A DNA stretch of 64,000 bases, from contig CM120640.1 of the NCBI GenBank assembly GCA_051362555.1, positions 68,860,788-68,924,787 of the forward strand, given 5' to 3'. Of the stretch, positions 63,301 through 64,000 are shown piece after piece. Numbering within the stretch: the first letter of the stretch is position 1; every line of letters begins with the position of its first letter. Both the position numbers and the translations under genes were made by a program. This DNA comes from Lingula anatina (taxonomy: Eukaryota > Animalia > Brachiopoda). The notes below the pieces were generated by a model. The model was not told where the DNA came from, made no database searches, and saw only the letters and a program-made list of their open reading frames with translations.

Positions 63301-64000
63301 TTATGAAGTGAGGTCATCTGTGCTATTGAGTTGTTACCAATGTACTGGTTCAATGGTACAAATTGATCTTTTATTGTACATTTGTACAGCTTATTTTGTG
63401 AATTAACAAAGCACTTTATTGAAGTAAGGGGGCATGAGTCCACCGAAGAATTGTGCAAAAATTCAGTGTTAGTTAATGAACTAACACCTCTCCTTTGTAC
63501 CTTGCCCATATAAAAATTTTGTTAGAATGATGATAAATTTGAAAAAAAAAATTGTCCAAATTAAATTAAATCTTCAACAATTGATGAAAAATTTCAAATG
63601 TTGGCTTGAACCAAGCTTAGATGTGCCTATATGATATTTTAAAATTTGGTGTTTTTTTCATTATTTTCAGGGGTCAGAATGTCTAACTTCCAGTCTCAAA
63701 ACGCAAAGAAAGATCAAAAGCAGACAACACTTGTGAGTTTTCTCAACAAGACTAAAGTGGCAACAGAGGCCAGTGTGAGCAGTGAAGGCTGCCTGGTGAA
63801 GGACAAACCCCTGGAAAACCTTTCTGGTTTTAATTTAAGCTCATTCATGAAAGGTGACACTTCATGTGACATGGATTCTGAGGTTGCTGTCAATTCCTCA
63901 AAACCCCTTTCAGAAGAAAAAGCTACTGGGCATGAAGAACTGGAAAACTCTGCTAGTTTTGTTGGAACTTTGTATCCCCCAGCTACTGCCAGCAGTAATA
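52242..64000 (+). CDS. POLK: DNA polymerase kappa (Y family), partial. Exons: 52242-52410 (tentative), 58813-58938, 59311-59429, 59742-59894, 60261-60969, 61182-61306, 61839-62005, 62327-62359, 62647-62743, 63016-63187, 63671->64000
   Basis: N-clasp [36 protein letters not shown]; catalytic motifs [12 protein letters not shown] and MSLDEAYLD; [21 protein letters not shown]; [25 protein letters not shown]; [11 protein letters not shown]; LRLRLMGVRMS. Confidence 0.96.
53243..56600 (+). mobile_element. Helentron/HINE-like non-autonomous element with ~161-bp satellite arrays and duplicated internal blocks, in POLK intron 1
   Basis: The 5' end has a T-run, the palindrome TATGTACAGACACAGATGTGTCTGTACATA and a (GTCGTCGCC)n microsatellite. 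Units starting AC(C/T)GATAACA occur at 53345, 53506, 53667 and at 54221, 54381, 54539, 54706. Blocks ~53815-54200 and ~54945-55350 recur at ~55375-55750 and ~56175-56590. The right boundary is uncertain. Confidence 0.7.
57302..57362. repeat. (TA)n microsatellite followed by a T-run
   Basis: Read directly from the sequence. Confidence 0.95.
57468..57686. mobile_element. Tourist-like MITE family B, internally deleted copy
   Basis: Collinear with 44210-44466 but lacking the central segment. Confidence 0.7.
62438..62651 (+). repeat. 107-bp tandem duplication that includes a POLK 3' splice site
   Basis: TTTCTTTCCACATTGGCAG|GACATT occurs twice, with the AG at 62538-62539 and at 62645-62646. Confidence 0.85.

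Overview
AT-rich, intron-containing animal DNA, most likely from a lophotrochozoan such as a mollusc (inferred from the protostome-type COX5A C-terminus and an Aplysia-type urotensin II-like peptide). Splicing exons by hand at GT-AG sites gives these genes in order: TMEM230 (+), BORCS8 (+), JTB (-), a divergent COX5A (+, head-to-head with JTB), a DEG/ENaC channel (-), a neuropeptide precursor (-) and POLK (+, running off the right edge). Between COX5A and the channel lies an intact-looking 7,064-bp Kolobok-type DNA transposon with TTAA target duplication, 17-bp TIRs, a 3-exon DDE transposase, a convergent 3-exon KolX-like gene and an internal 284-bp tandem array. The channel is the most unusual gene. 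It has three paralogous alternative first exons, an NG in place of the family's HG gating motif, and a mucin-like repeat insert ending in a furin site. The neuropeptide precursor (mature peptide probably pQDGGFPMCIWKMCPQAPWTNR-amide) is absent from the ORF track and sits 2.6 kb upstream of the channel on the same strand. The window also holds a 5'-truncated L2/CR1 LINE, a decayed LINE, many MITEs, a Helentron/HINE-like element with ~161-bp satellite units, and microsatellites. All gene models are hand-derived and have no transcript or database support.
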